Shown: piece by piece, positions 1 to 10,383 of the stretch | Position numbering within the stretch: the stretch's first letter is position 1 | Layout: every line of letters starts with the position of its first letter | Assembly: GCA_965223415.1 (NCBI GenBank) | Contig: OZ245002.1 | Location: forward strand, 576,001 to 640,000 | DNA from: Myxococcota bacterium | Lineage (GTDB): Bacteria > Myxococcota_A > UBA9160 > UBA6930 | DNA: 64,000 nucleotides | Direction of reading: 5' to 3' | Notes under the pieces: model-generated | The model's input: only the letters and a program-made list of their open reading frames with translations | What the model was told of the DNA's origin: nothing | The model's database searches: none | Made by a program: the position numbers and the translations under genes

Positions 1-1
1 C

Positions 2-361
2 CTGGAGCGCATCACCCTGGCGCCCCCGGAGGTCGAGCAGGCCGCCGAGCGGCTGGCCGCCCAGATCCGCACCCAGGCCCAGGCTCCCACCGCCGACCCC
101 GCCTCGACCGGGGCCCTGCGCATCGCCGTCGAGGCGAACCCGGACGACCTGGCCGCCCGCCTCGACCTGGGCCGCGCCCTCGCCGCGGCCCGCGACTACG
201 AAGCTGCCCTCGCCGAGCTGCTCGAGCTCGTCCAGCGCGACAAGGACTTCGCCGACCAGGCCGCCCGCAAGGCCATGCTCGATCTCTTCGAGCTGCTCGG
301 CGGCGACCACGATCTCACCCAGCACTACCGCACCGAGCTGGGCCGCGCCCTCTTCCGGTAG
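2..361 (+). CDS. C-terminal TPR region of a thioredoxin-TPR chaperedoxin (YbbN/CnoX-like), 5'-truncated by the window edge
   Basis: Open frame from position 2 to TAG 359-361 reads ...EANPDDLAARLDLGRALAAARDYEAALAELLELVQRDKDFADQAARKAMLDLFELLG...YRTELGRALF, typical of the YbbN C-terminus. Confidence 0.75.
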   Translation: MERITLAPPEVEQAAERLAAQIRTQAQAPTADPASTGALRIAVEANPDDLAARLDLGRALAAARDYEAALAELLELVQRDKDFADQAARKAMLDLFELLGGDHDLTQHYRTELGRALFR

Positions 362-461
362 GCGGCGCCGGCGACGTTCCGGAGCGCGACACCGAGGTTG
401 CAGGAACGTTCCCACCGTTGCGTCGCAGCCCGGCCTCGTGTCAGCGCGATACCCTCCTCGG

Positions 462-2786
462 ATGCATCGGGGCTCCATCGTCCAGCCGACCTACCGCATC
501 CGGGGCGGCGTGCCGGTGGTGCAGCTGTACGGGCGGCTGGAGAGTGGCGAGCCGTTCCTGGTCGAGGACGATCGGTTCCGTCCCTACCTGTTCGCGCCGC
601 CCGCCGCGCGGGAGGAGCTGGCCCAGCGGAAGGGCGTGCGGATCACCGAGACCGAGCTGCACGACCTGGCGGGCCAGCCGGTCGTGCGCATCGAGGTGGC
701 GACGCCGGGGGACGTGCCGCCGATCCGCGACCGTCTCCAGGGCCGGGGCATCGCGCCGCTCGAATCGGACATCCGCTTCCCCTACCGCTACCTGATCGAC
801 CACGACGTGCTGGCGACCCTCGCGATCGAAGGCGAGGCAGAGCGCGTGCCCCTCGGCCCGGGCGCGCCGGAGCTGCTGCGCTTCCGGAACCCGACGATCG
901 GGGCCACCGACGCGCGGCCCGCGCTCACGCACCTCTCGATCGACATCGAGACGACCCCCGACGCGAAGCTCGTGTTCGCCGTCGCGCTGGTGGGCTGCGG
1001 CGTGGAGGAGGTGCTCCTCGTCGCCGATCGGCCGGTGGCGGGCGCGACCGTCGTGCCGGACGAGCCGGAGCTGCTGCTCGCCACGCTGGAGCGCATCCGC
1101 GCCCTCGATCCGGACCTGCTGCTGGGCTGGGCCGTGGTCGACTTCGACGTGAAGGTGCTGGCCGGCCGCTGCGAGGCCCACGGCATCCCCTTCCACCTGG
1201 GCCGCTCCGACGAAGGCGTGCGCTTCCAGCGCGATCTGGGCTTCACTCGTCAGTCCCGCGCCGAGGTGCCGGGGCGCATGGTGCTCGACGGCATTCCTCT
1301 CGTGCGCGACGCCCTGCGCCTGCCGGACTACCGGCTCGAAACCGTCGGCCGGCACGTGCTCGGCCGCGGCAAGAAGATCGACCAGAGCGCGCCCAACAAG
1401 GCCCTGGAGATCCAGCGCATGTGGCGACAGGATCCGGAATCCCTGGTCGCCTACAACCTGGAGGACGCGCGGCTCGTGCCGGAGATCCTCGAGCACGAGG
1501 GGCTGCTCGAGCTCACGAAGGAGCGCAGCCGGCTCGGCGGCATGCAGCTCGACCGGGTGGGCGCGAGCATCGCGTCCTTCGATCGGGTCTACCTGCCGGA
1601 ACTGCGGCGCCGCGGGGTCGTGGCGCCGAGCGTCGACGCCGAGCGCAAGAGCGCGATGATCCAGGGGGGCGCGCTCCTCGATCCGCAGCCGGGCATCTAC
1701 CGCAACGTCGCAGTGCTCGACTTCAAGAGCCTGTACCCGAGCCTGATCCGCACCTTCCACCTCGACCCCCTCGCCCACGCCCGGGCCGGAGAGAACGATC
1801 CCGCGGCACCCAACGGCGCGCGCTTCTCTCGCAGCGAGGCGATCCTGCCCGGTGTGATCGAGCGCTTCATGGAGCGCCGCGAGGCCGCCCGGGCCCGCGG
1901 CGACCGCCATGGGGACCAGGCCATCAAGATCATGATGAACGCGCTGTTCGGCGTGCTGGGCGCGGCCTCCTGCCGCTTCTTCGACCCGGCCATCGCCAAC
2001 GCCATCACCGGCTTCGGCCAGCAGACCCTGCACTGGACCCGCGACGCCTTCGAGGAGACCGGGCACGCGGTGCTATACGGCGACACGGACTCGGTCTTCG
2101 TGCAGCTCCCGGAAGAGGTCGGCGCCGACGAGGCCCAGGCGCTCGCCGAGAAGCTGCGCGGACGGGTCGAGGCGCGCATCACCGAGCGCATCCGCGAGAC
2201 CTACGACGTCACACCGCGCCTCGTACTCGAACTGGAGAAGGTCTTCGCGCGGCTCATGCTCCCGCGAGTGCGCAGCGGCCGTTCCGGGAGCAAGAAGCGC
2301 TACGCGGGCTGGATCGGCGGCCCGGACACCGGCGAGCTCGTGATCGTGGGGCTCGAGAGCGTCCGGCGCGACTGGCCCGACGTCGCCCACCGGCTCCAGC
2401 AGGGCATGCTCGAGCGCCTGTTCACGGACCGGGAGGTGATGCCCTTCGTCGGGCGTCTGGTGGAGCAGGTGCGCGAGGGCGCCCTCGACGACGAGCTCGT
2501 CTACGTGAAGCGACTGCGCAAGGGATCGCTGGATAGCTACTCCGCCAACGCGCCCCACGTGGTGGTCGCGCGCAAGCTCGGCCGGCGCCCCGGCTCGGTG
2601 ATCCGCTACGTCATCACCCGCCTGGGCCCCGAGCCGGCCGAGCCCGGCGAGGCGCTGCCGACGGAGATCGACCGCGAGCACTACGTCGAGAAGGTGCTGC
2701 GCCCGGTCGCCGACGCCATCTTCGAGCTGAGCGGCCACAGCTTCGACGAAGCCATCGGCAACCCCACCCAGCTGAGCCTCCTCTGA
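462..2786 (+). CDS. polB: DNA polymerase II (family B)
   Basis: Exo I SIDIET, Exo III YNLEDA, polymerase motifs DFKSLYPS, KIMMNALFG and YGDTDS; C-terminal clamp-binding-like QLSLL; ATG 462 preferred over GTG 438. Confidence 0.92.
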   Translation: MHRGSIVQPTYRIRGGVPVVQLYGRLESGEPFLVEDDRFRPYLFAPPAAREELAQRKGVRITETELHDLAGQPVVRIEVATPGDVPPIRDRLQGRGIAPLESDIRFPYRYLIDHDVLATLAIEGEAERVPLGPGAPELLRFRNPTIGATDARPALTHLSIDIETTPDAKLVFAVALVGCGVEEVLLVADRPVAGATVVPDEPELLLATLERIRALDPDLLLGWAVVDFDVKVLAGRCEAHGIPFHLGRSDEGVRFQRDLGFTRQSRAEVPGRMVLDGIPLVRDALRLPDYRLETVGRHVLGRGKKIDQSAPNKALEIQRMWRQDPESLVAYNLEDARLVPEILEHEGLLELTKERSRLGGMQLDRVGASIASFDRVYLPELRRRGVVAPSVDAERKSAMIQGGALLDPQPGIYRNVAVLDFKSLYPSLIRTFHLDPLAHARAGENDPAAPNGARFSRSEAILPGVIERFMERREAARARGDRHGDQAIKIMMNALFGVLGAASCRFFDPAIANAITGFGQQTLHWTRDAFEETGHAVLYGDTDSVFVQLPEEVGADEAQALAEKLRGRVEARITERIRETYDVTPRLVLELEKVFARLMLPRVRSGRSGSKKRYAGWIGGPDTGELVIVGLESVRRDWPDVAHRLQQGMLERLFTDREVMPFVGRLVEQVREGALDDELVYVKRLRKGSLDSYSANAPHVVVARKLGRRPGSVIRYVITRLGPEPAEPGEALPTEIDREHYVEKVLRPVADAIFELSGHSFDEAIGNPTQLSLL

Positions 2787-2787
2787 A

Positions 2788-2867
2788 TGAAGAAACGGGG
2801 CCAGAGTTAAGAATTCAGTTACCCCGAAGGGGGTAACTGAATTCTTAACTCTGGCCCCGTTTCTTCA
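2788..2867. repeat. Perfect 38-bp-arm palindrome with GAAG loop (REP/MITE-like; probable bidirectional terminator)
   Basis: tgaagaaacggggccagagttaagaattcagttacccc (2788-2825) is the exact reverse complement of 2830-2867; lies at a convergent gene junction. Confidence 0.9.
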
Positions 2868-4134
2868 CGACTTCGAGGAGGGAGGCTTCGCCGGGGACGC
2901 CGATGCGGAGGGGGAAGCCGTAGAAGCCGGTTCCGCGGTGGACGTAGAGGCGGTTGGTGCCGAGGGCCCAGAGGCCGTGGTCGGGCCAGCGGCTGCGGGA
3001 GAGGACGGTCCAGTCGAGGCCGAAGCTCACCAGGCCCACCTGGCCGCCGTGGGTGTGGCCCGAGAGGACGAGATCGGCCTCCCCGTCTGGGAGATCGGCG
3101 AAGCCCAGGGGATCGTGGACGAGCCAGAGCCGCAGGTGGTCCGCCCGCCGCGGGAAGCGCGCAGCCAGGGCGCCGAGACGCTCCGCCCGCCCCTCCCGGA
3201 CCCAGTCGGCGCCCACGAGCTGGACGCGGCCGGCCGGCGTGTCGACCACCGCCTCGTCGTCCAACAGCAGGTGTGCCCCGCAGGCGGCCAGGGCGCCGCG
3301 CACCTCCTCCGGCGCCTCGTGGTCGTGGTTGCCGAAGATCGCGAAGCAACGCCCGGCGGCCGCCTTCAGCGGCGACAGGGCCTCGGCCAGGGCGCCCGGG
3401 GTCGCGTTGCCCTCCATGGTCAGCAGATCGCCGGTGATCAGCACCAGGTCGGGATCGTGCTCGAGCAGCTCGCCCAGCCGTCGCTGCAGCCGGTGGATCG
3501 GCTGCCACGGCCCGAGGTGGGGATCGGCGATCTGCACGATCCGCAGCGGGCGCTCCCCGGTCGCGGGCGGAGGCTGGCGCCGATGACGCTCGACCGGCAC
3601 CCGCGAGCGATCCGCGTGGCCGCGACCGTCGAGGACCACCCGCACGACCTCCCGCCGCAGGGTGAGCGAGGTCACGATCGCACCGGCGACCAGGGCGAGG
3701 GGGAGGAGCTGGAGCCAGCCGAGTAGGTTCGACGCGGTGCCGAGCCCCACCGCATGACTCCCGAGCCGCAGGAGCTCCGTCACCAGCAGCCACGGCCCGG
3801 CCAGCGCCCCCAGGGCCAGGAAGGCCATGCCGGGAAGGGACACACCCCAGCGGAACGCCCGGGGCCGCAGCCGCGCCCGTACCAGGGAAGCGAAATGGAC
3901 GCCGGTGGTCAGCATCCCGTAGACGAAGGCCCAACCCACGGCCCAGCGGAGCTCCTCCGGCGCCTGGGCCGCGGTGCGCGCCGCCAGGCCCACCGCCCCC
4001 GGAAACGAGAAGAGCACCAGGACCGTGGCGAAGATCGCGTAGGTCCGGCCCCGAAAACGGCCTGCGTAGAGGGGCAGCCCCACCCCGATGCCCAGCGCGA
4101 GGGTCGGCAGCAGCCAGGTGGGCGGGGCGAACAT
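2845..4134 (-). CDS. Membrane-anchored calcineurin-like metallophosphoesterase
   Basis: N-terminal hydrophobic helices followed by DPH, GDL, GNHD and GHTHGGQ motifs. Confidence 0.85.
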   Translation of the reverse strand: MFAPPTWLLPTLALGIGVGLPLYAGRFRGRTYAIFATVLVLFSFPGAVGLAARTAAQAPEELRWAVGWAFVYGMLTTGVHFASLVRARLRPRAFRWGVSLPGMAFLALGALAGPWLLVTELLRLGSHAVGLGTASNLLGWLQLLPLALVAGAIVTSLTLRREVVRVVLDGRGHADRSRVPVERHRRQPPPATGERPLRIVQIADPHLGPWQPIHRLQRRLGELLEHDPDLVLITGDLLTMEGNATPGALAEALSPLKAAAGRCFAIFGNHDHEAPEEVRGALAACGAHLLLDDEAVVDTPAGRVQLVGADWVREGRAERLGALAARFPRRADHLRLWLVHDPLGFADLPDGEADLVLSGHTHGGQVGLVSFGLDWTVLSRSRWPDHGLWALGTNRLYVHRGTGFYGFPLRIGVPGEASLLEVVKKRGQS

Positions 4135-4272
4135 CGAGCCGCAGGATAGGGGCCTACCGTCCCGAGCCCAGCGGGGCCCCGAGGCCCCGCTTCATTTCGG
4201 CATCACATGGCCGGGCTACCTCTTGTCGAGAAGATCGGAGCACCCCTTCCTCACCACCCGGGAGGTACCCCC

Positions 4273-4497
4273 ATGAATCCGCTCCAGCGCCTCGCTCCCC
4301 GCACCGAGACCCGGGAGATCCGCGTCCGCTTCGCCAGCCGTGCCTCGCTGCTGGCCGGCCTGGCCCGAGCTCGCCAGGAGCCCTGGGTCCGCGCGGCTCG
4401 CGTCGACCTGCCGAAGAGCGAGCTGGTCCTCGCCACCGCCGGCGGCCAGGGCCACACCGGCCGCCTGCGCCTGGTGCCCCAGAGCGCTGCCGCCTAG
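4273..4497 (+). CDS. Small hypothetical protein (74 aa)
   Basis: GGAGG at 4261-4265 upstream of ATG 4273; fills the gap before hemF. Confidence 0.5.
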   Translation: MNPLQRLAPRTETREIRVRFASRASLLAGLARARQEPWVRAARVDLPKSELVLATAGGQGHTGRLRLVPQSAAA

Positions 4498-4531
4498 GGG
4501 GCCCGCCTCCCCCCTCCGGTAGGATCCGCGG

Positions 4532-5467
4532 ATGGCTGCTGCCTCCGCTCCCGATCCGTCCGCCGTCCACGCCTACCTCGCCGACCTCCAGGACCGGATC
4601 TGTCGGGAGCTCGAGCGCGAGGACGGCCGCGCCCGCTTCCGCCGCGAGGAGCTGCCGGGCCCCGGCGGCGGGCTCGCCCGGCCCCGCGCGCTCGAGGACG
4701 GCGAGGTCGTGGAGAAGGCCGCCGTCCACTTCACCCACGCCCGGGGCCCGGGCCTGCCGCCGGCCGCCACCGAGCGCCGTCCGGAGCTGGCAGGCGCGCC
4801 CTTCGAGGCGGTCTCGCTCTCGATGATCGTCCACCCGACGAACCCCTATGTCCCGACCACCCATATGAACCTGCGCTGCTTCGTCGCCTCGCCGCCGGGG
4901 AGCGAGCCGGTGTGGTGGTGCGGGGGCGGCTTCGACCTCACGCCGACGTACGGCTTCCTGGAGGACGCCGTCCACTGGCACCGGACCGCCCGCGACGCCT
5001 GCGCGCCCTTCGGCGCCGACGCCTACCCGCGCTTCAAGGCCTGGTGCGACGAGTACTTCGCTCTCCCCCACCGCGGCGAGACCCGCGGTGTCGGCGGCCT
5101 CTTCTTCGACGACCTCGTGCTGGACGACTTCGAGACGACCTTCGCCTTCCTGCGCAGCGTGGGAGACCACTTCCTGCCCGCCTACCTGCCCCTCGTACAG
5201 CGTCGCCGGGCCATGACCTTCGGCGAGCGCCAGCGCGATTTCCAGCTGCTGCGCCGCGGGCGCTACGTGGAGTTCAATCTCGTCTACGACCGCGGCACCA
5301 GGTACGGCCTTCAGTCCGGCCGGCGGGTGGAGTCGGTGCTCGCCTCGATGCCGCCGCTGGTGCGCTGGGCCTACGACTGGCAGCCGGAGCCGGGCAGCCC
5401 GGAGGCGGAGCTTGGCGAGACGTTCCTGAAGCCGCGGGATTGGCTCGCCGACGCGCCGGAGGCCTAG
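4532..5467 (+). CDS. hemF: Oxygen-dependent coproporphyrinogen III oxidase
   Basis: [31 protein letters not shown] and [16 protein letters not shown] motifs. Confidence 0.95.
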   Translation: MAAASAPDPSAVHAYLADLQDRICRELEREDGRARFRREELPGPGGGLARPRALEDGEVVEKAAVHFTHARGPGLPPAATERRPELAGAPFEAVSLSMIVHPTNPYVPTTHMNLRCFVASPPGSEPVWWCGGGFDLTPTYGFLEDAVHWHRTARDACAPFGADAYPRFKAWCDEYFALPHRGETRGVGGLFFDDLVLDDFETTFAFLRSVGDHFLPAYLPLVQRRRAMTFGERQRDFQLLRRGRYVEFNLVYDRGTRYGLQSGRRVESVLASMPPLVRWAYDWQPEPGSPEAELGETFLKPRDWLADAPEA

Positions 5468-6231
5468 GCGCTGAGACGCCGCCGGGTCACCCGCGCCGCC
5501 ATCCAGAGCAGCACCAGGGCAAGGGCGAGCACGTAGCCCAGGTCCCAGACGACCTGCGTCGAGAAGCTGCCGCCGAAGGCGGTGCGCATCAGGCGCACCG
5601 GGTGCAGCAGCGGCAGCACCTCGGCCACGTGCAGCCAGATGCCCGAGAGCCGCTCCTGGAGCGGGAAGAAGACGTCGGAGAAGAGGAACAGCGGCATCAG
5701 GAAGAGCGTGAAGTAGAAGCTGAAGAGGTCGATGCTCGGGATGCGCAGGGAGAAGGCGATCCCGATCGCAGCGAAGAGCAGGCCGGTGAGCGGGACGAGG
5801 GGCAGCGCGACCAGGGCGCGCAGTGGCGGGGCCAGGCCCATGGCCGTGATGACGAGCAGGAAGCAACCGCCATAGATCGTCGCGCGCGTCATCGCCCAGA
5901 GGATCTCGCCGGCCAGCACGTCCTCGGGCAGGATGGGCGCCGTCAGCATGGACTCGTAGGTCTTCTCGAAGTTCATGCGCACGTAGGCGTTGTAGGTGAC
6001 CTCGAAGCTCGCGCCGTTCATCGCAGCGACGGCCACCAACCCCGGCGCGATGAAGGCGATGTAGGAGGTGCCGCCCATCTCGGTGATGTAGGCGCCGACG
6101 CCGATGCCCATCGCCATCAGGTAGAGGACGGGCTCGAAGAAGTTCGGGAGCAGGTTGAGCTTCCAGGTCCGCCGGTAGAGGGCGAAGTTCCGCCTCCAGA
6201 CGGCCAGGGCGTGACGCGGGCTCACTGTCAC
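5464..6231 (-). CDS. ABC-2 type exporter permease (NodJ-like)
   Basis: Multiple TM segments with EPVLYL and [11 protein letters not shown] start overlaps the ATPase stop (GTGA). Confidence 0.85.
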   Translation of the reverse strand: MTVSPRHALAVWRRNFALYRRTWKLNLLPNFFEPVLYLMAMGIGVGAYITEMGGTSYIAFIAPGLVAVAAMNGASFEVTYNAYVRMNFEKTYESMLTAPILPEDVLAGEILWAMTRATIYGGCFLLVITAMGLAPPLRALVALPLVPLTGLLFAAIGIAFSLRIPSIDLFSFYFTLFLMPLFLFSDVFFPLQERLSGIWLHVAEVLPLLHPVRLMRTAFGGSFSTQVVWDLGYVLALALVLLWMAARVTRRRLSA

Positions 6232-7145
6232 GCGCCGCCCTCCAGGGCCGTGCCGGTGAGGGCGAGGAAGACGTCTTCCAGGTTGGTGGGGCGGAAGACC
6301 AGGCCCTCGGAATCGGCGCCAGCGCGACGGGCGGCCTCGAGGAGCGCCGGCCCGTCGTTGGCGTAGAGCATGAGACGGCGACCGGCCTCGAGGTGGCGCA
6401 CGCCGTTCAGACGCGCGAGCAGGCCGGCGTGCCGCCCGGGATCCTGGTCGAGCTCGACGGCGACGCGGGCCAGGTTGCCGTCGATCAGCTCCCGCGGCGT
6501 ACCCTCGACGAGCTTGCGCCCCTCGTCCAGGATGGCGAGGCGATCGCACAGGCGCTCGGCCTCGTCCATGTAGTGAGTCGTCACCAGCACGGTGGTGCCG
6601 CGGGCCCGGAGCTCGCCCACCCGCGACCAGAGGGCGAGGCGCACCGCCGGGTCGAGGCCGGTGGTCGGTTCGTCGAGCACCAGCAGCTCGGGCCGGTTCA
6701 TCAGCGAGAGCGCGATCGCCAGCCGACGCTGGAAGCCGCCGGACAGCACCTGCACCGGCAGGTGGGCGTGCGAGCGCAGGTCGAGGAAGTCGAGCAGGTC
6801 CTCGATGCGCGTCTCGATCTCGGCCTCCGAGAGCAGGTGGTAGCGGCCGAACACGCGCAGGTTGTCGACCGGAGTGAGCACCTCGATCAGCGCGTTCTCC
6901 TGCAGCGTCACGCCGAGACGCACGCGCACGCGGCGGGGTTCCTTCGTCACGTCCTCGCCGAAGACGTGCACCGTGCCCTCGCTTGGCGCCGTGACGCCGT
7001 AGATCATCTTCAGGGTCGTGGTCTTGCCGGCGCCGTTCGGCCCCAGGAGGCCGAAGCAGCCGCCGGCGGGGACCGAGAGATCCAGCTCCCGGACGACCGG
7101 CCGGCCCTCGAAGCGCTTCGTGACGCGATGGCAGGCAATGACCAC
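6228..7145 (-). CDS. ABC exporter ATP-binding protein (NodI-like)
   Basis: GPNGAGKTT, LSGG, LDEPTTGLD and TTHYMDEAE; start chosen at GTG 7145. Confidence 0.9.
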   Translation of the reverse strand: MVIACHRVTKRFEGRPVVRELDLSVPAGGCFGLLGPNGAGKTTTLKMIYGVTAPSEGTVHVFGEDVTKEPRRVRVRLGVTLQENALIEVLTPVDNLRVFGRYHLLSEAEIETRIEDLLDFLDLRSHAHLPVQVLSGGFQRRLAIALSLMNRPELLVLDEPTTGLDPAVRLALWSRVGELRARGTTVLVTTHYMDEAERLCDRLAILDEGRKLVEGTPRELIDGNLARVAVELDQDPGRHAGLLARLNGVRHLEAGRRLMLYANDGPALLEAARRAGADSEGLVFRPTNLEDVFLALTGTALEGGA

Positions 7146-7228
7146 GGCGGCGGAGAGTAGCCCGCTCCCGGATTTCAGCCGGGCAGCAGGCGTTCCGATG
7201 GGATGGCATCGCTTTGGGAGGAGTGAGC

Positions 7229-8041
7229 ATGGCGCAGCGTCCGCACATGGCGGAGATCGTCGACTGGTTTCGCGACCCGGCGCACACGCGGGCGATCGAG
7301 GCCTGTCCGCTGTGCGGCGGCGCACCGGAGCCCGAGCACGAGAACGCCTGGACGCGCCTCGACCGCTGCACCGGCTGCACCCACGTTTACAGTCGCCGGG
7401 CGCCCGGGCGGCGCATCCTCTCCCGCATGTACGCCGGCCGCGGGTACTGGGTTCACGACCGCGAGCATCAGGGGATCGACCGGGTCGGGCCGGGGAATCA
7501 ATGGGACGGCTTCCTCGCCGCGCGTCTCGGCGCCCTCGAGCGAGCGGGGTTGCTGGCCGGCAGCGCGCTGCGCTTCTACGAGATCGGCTGCTCGGAGGGA
7601 GCGCTGCTGGCGGAGCTGCGTCGTCGCGGGCATCAGGTCGCCGGCTGCGAGGCCAACGAAGACGTGGCCGGGATGGGACGCGCCGCCTACGACCTCGACA
7701 TCGACGCGCGCCCCTTCGAGACGATCCCGCTCGTGCCGGCGAGCGTCGACCGGGTGATCTCCTTCCACACCTTCGAGCACCTGGTCGATCCGGAGGGCGC
7801 GCTGGCGCGGGCGGCCGCGCTGCTCACCGACGACGGCCAGGTGCTGCTCGAGGTGCCCACGGGTCCGGAGGAGTACGGCAACATCGACCACCTCCACTTC
7901 TTCGAAGAGGCCTCCCTCGAAGGGATGCTGGGCCGGCACTTCCGGGACACCTCCCTCCTCGAGAACGGCTACCGCAACGGCGCCGGGACCCTGATCGGCT
8001 CGCTCTACGGCATCGGCCGCGTGCCGCGACGTCCGCGCTGA
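7229..8041 (+). CDS. Class I SAM-dependent methyltransferase with N-terminal CxxC...CxxC
   Basis: CPLC...CTGC, EIGCSEG SAM motif and HTFEHL; GGAGGA SD before ATG 7229. Confidence 0.8.
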   Translation: MAQRPHMAEIVDWFRDPAHTRAIEACPLCGGAPEPEHENAWTRLDRCTGCTHVYSRRAPGRRILSRMYAGRGYWVHDREHQGIDRVGPGNQWDGFLAARLGALERAGLLAGSALRFYEIGCSEGALLAELRRRGHQVAGCEANEDVAGMGRAAYDLDIDARPFETIPLVPASVDRVISFHTFEHLVDPEGALARAAALLTDDGQVLLEVPTGPEEYGNIDHLHFFEEASLEGMLGRHFRDTSLLENGYRNGAGTLIGSLYGIGRVPRRPR

Positions 8042-8067
8042 CGGAAGGGATTTCCTAGCCTGGGGCG

Positions 8068-8517
8068 ATGCCGCTCCGGGATCTCCAGCTCTCCCCGCGC
8101 CGCCGCGTCCCGGCCCGCCTGCTGCGGGCGCGGAGCGTGCGCGCCAGCGGGCCCGGCGGGCAGAACGTCAACAAGGTCGCCACCAAGGTGGATCTCTCCC
8201 TCGACCTCGAGGGCGCGGCGGAGGTGCTGGGCGAGACGCCCTTGGCGCGGATCCGCCGGGAGCTCGCCAGCCGCATCGGCGTCGACGGTCGCCTCCACGT
8301 CCAGGCCGGCCGCGCGCGCACCCGCGGCCGCAACCTCGAGGCGGCCCTCGGCCGCATGGAGACCCTCCTCCGCGAAGCCCTCACCGAAGCCCCCCGGAGA
8401 CGCCCTACCCGCCCAACCCGCGCCAGCCGCGAGCGCCGCCTCGCCGCGAAACGCCGCCAGTCCGAGAAGAAGCACCAGCGAGGGAGTGCTAGGAAGGGGG
8501 CCGGATCCGATTGTTAG
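8068..8517 (+). CDS. arfB: Alternative ribosome rescue peptidyl-tRNA hydrolase
   Basis: RASGPGGQNVNKV motif plus basic C-terminal tail RRPTRPTRASRERRLAAK. Confidence 0.9.
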   Translation: MPLRDLQLSPRRRVPARLLRARSVRASGPGGQNVNKVATKVDLSLDLEGAAEVLGETPLARIRRELASRIGVDGRLHVQAGRARTRGRNLEAALGRMETLLREALTEAPRRRPTRPTRASRERRLAAKRRQSEKKHQRGSARKGAGSDC

Positions 8518-8556
8518 GTCGTGACAACTTAACAATCGGATCCGGCCCCCTTCTTA
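8490..8556. repeat. Long inverted repeat at the arfB/OsmC convergent junction (hairpin, probable terminator)
   Basis: 24-bp perfect arms at 8493-8516 and 8530-8553, extendable with G-U pairs. Confidence 0.85.
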
Positions 8557-8958
8557 ACGCCAGTGGAAGTGGGTGGTGATCTGGGTGTCGGGGTGGAGGC
8601 TGCGGTGGACGGGGCAGGTGTGGGCGGCGCGTTCGAGGACCTTGCGGGCGTCCTGGGGGATGCCGGCGGGGAGCTCGAAGCGGACGTCGAGGCGGCCGAT
8701 GCGGCGCTCCGGATCGGCGACCATGTGCTTCTCAACGGCGACGCTGGCCCCCTCCAGCGGCCAGGCGTGGCGGCGGGCGACGATGCCCATCACGGTGAGC
8801 ATGCAGCTGCCGAGGGCGGTGGCCAGCAAATCGGTGGGGGAGAAGGCCTCGCCGCGGCCCTCGTTGTCCTTGGGCGCGTCGGTGGCCAGCTCGGCTCCGG
8901 AGGGATGCCGGGCGCTCGTGTGGAGCTCGCCTTCGTAGCGAAGGTCGATCTTCAGCAC
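8554..8958 (-). CDS. OsmC/Ohr family protein
   Basis: TDAPKDNEGRGEAFSPTDLLATALGSC...CPVHRSL. Confidence 0.88.
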   Translation of the reverse strand: MLKIDLRYEGELHTSARHPSGAELATDAPKDNEGRGEAFSPTDLLATALGSCMLTVMGIVARRHAWPLEGASVAVEKHMVADPERRIGRLDVRFELPAGIPQDARKVLERAAHTCPVHRSLHPDTQITTHFHWR

Positions 8959-10361
8959 GTCGGCCACTCCGGATGCCAGGGCCGCTCGCGCTCGAAGGCG
9001 AGTGCGGCCTGCAGCACGAGATCGTCCCGGTGGCGCGGCCCCACGATCTGCAGCCCGATCGGCAGCCCGGCCTTCGAGATCCCGGCCCGCACCGTCGCCG
9101 CCGGGTGCCAGGACAGGTTGAACGGGATCGTGAAGGCGGCCACGCCGGCGGGCGGCTGCTTCCTGCCCTCGGTCTCCGCCGGGAACGGCCCCCGGGCCGG
9201 CGGCGGATCGTAGGGCACGGTCGGCGTGAGCAGGAAGTCGACCTCCGAGAAGAGCTCGGCGCACCACTCATTCAGCTTCATGCGCTGCTCGGACATGCGC
9301 CCCCAGATCTCCGGCGTCATCGCCGAGGCGGCCTTCACGCCCTGGATGAAGGTGCGGCCGAACTCCGTCTCCCGCTCCGGCAGGTAGCGGCCCAGCTTGC
9401 CGGCCAGCTCGAAGGAGCCCATCAGCCCCCACTCGCGACCCATCAGCGGCGGCCCGCCGGCCACCGGCACCAGCTTGTGACCCGCCTTCTCGAAGGCGGT
9501 CACCGCGTCCTCGAAGCAGGCGGCGATGTCGGACTGCACGACCGCATAGCCGAGATCCGGCGACACCCCGAAGCGCGTGCCCGAAGGCAACGCCTCCGCC
9601 AGCGCCTCCACGTAGGAGCAGCCCGGGTGGGGCAGCGACTTCGGATCGCAGGGCGACGCGCCCGCCACCTGATCGAGGAAGAGCGCGCCGTCCGTGACGG
9701 TCTTCGTCGTCGGCCCATACACCGAGGTGTCCCCGTGGTTCCACGAGTCCATGGGCCCCCTCGGCACCCGGCCGAAGGAAACCTTCAGGCCGAACGCCCC
9801 GACGAAGCTCGCGGGAATGCGGATCGAGCCGCCGCCGTCGGACGACGTCACCAGCGGGCACACCGAGCCCGCCAGCACCGCCGCCGACCCGCCACTCGAG
9901 CCGCCCGGGGTGCGCTCGAGATCCCACGGCGAGCGGGTCACACCGTAGACGAGGTTCTTGGTAATCGCCGTGTAGCCGAACTCCGGCGCATTCGTCTTGC
10001 CCACCAGGATTGCACCAGCGCCGCGCAGTCGTGCCACCTGGGTGCTGTCGCGCTCGGCGATCCGGTCCTTGTACACCAGGCAGCCCTCGGTGTTGGGCAG
10101 GCCCTCCGCATCCTCCAGGTCCTTCACGCCCAGGGGCACGCCCTCGAGCGGGCGGGCGTCGCCGGCCGCGATGCGCTCGTCGGCGGCGCGGGCGTCGGCG
10201 AGGATCGCCTCCCGGTCCCGCAGGGCCACGAAGGCGTTCAGGTCGTCGTTCGTCGCATCGACGCGCGCCAGCACGGCTTCGGCCAGCTCGACGGAGGAGA
10301 GCTTGCGATCGCGCAGAGAGGCGGTGAGGTCGGTGAGGGACAAGTCGAGGGGTGTGCTCAT
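8952..10361 (-). CDS. Amidase signature family protein
   Basis: GVKDL, GKTN, PGGSSGGS and DGGGSIRIP. Confidence 0.92.
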   Translation of the reverse strand: MSTPLDLSLTDLTASLRDRKLSSVELAEAVLARVDATNDDLNAFVALRDREAILADARAADERIAAGDARPLEGVPLGVKDLEDAEGLPNTEGCLVYKDRIAERDSTQVARLRGAGAILVGKTNAPEFGYTAITKNLVYGVTRSPWDLERTPGGSSGGSAAVLAGSVCPLVTSSDGGGSIRIPASFVGAFGLKVSFGRVPRGPMDSWNHGDTSVYGPTTKTVTDGALFLDQVAGASPCDPKSLPHPGCSYVEALAEALPSGTRFGVSPDLGYAVVQSDIAACFEDAVTAFEKAGHKLVPVAGGPPLMGREWGLMGSFELAGKLGRYLPERETEFGRTFIQGVKAASAMTPEIWGRMSEQRMKLNEWCAELFSEVDFLLTPTVPYDPPPARGPFPAETEGRKQPPAGVAAFTIPFNLSWHPAATVRAGISKAGLPIGLQIVGPRHRDDLVLQAALAFERERPWHPEWPTC

Positions 10362-10383
10362 CCCGGGAGGATATCGCGGTCCT

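Noticed and set aside
403..412. Palindrome GGAACGTTCC upstream of polB as an SOS box
   Set aside because: Lacks the N4 spacer of the candidate at ssb; too short to be meaningful alone
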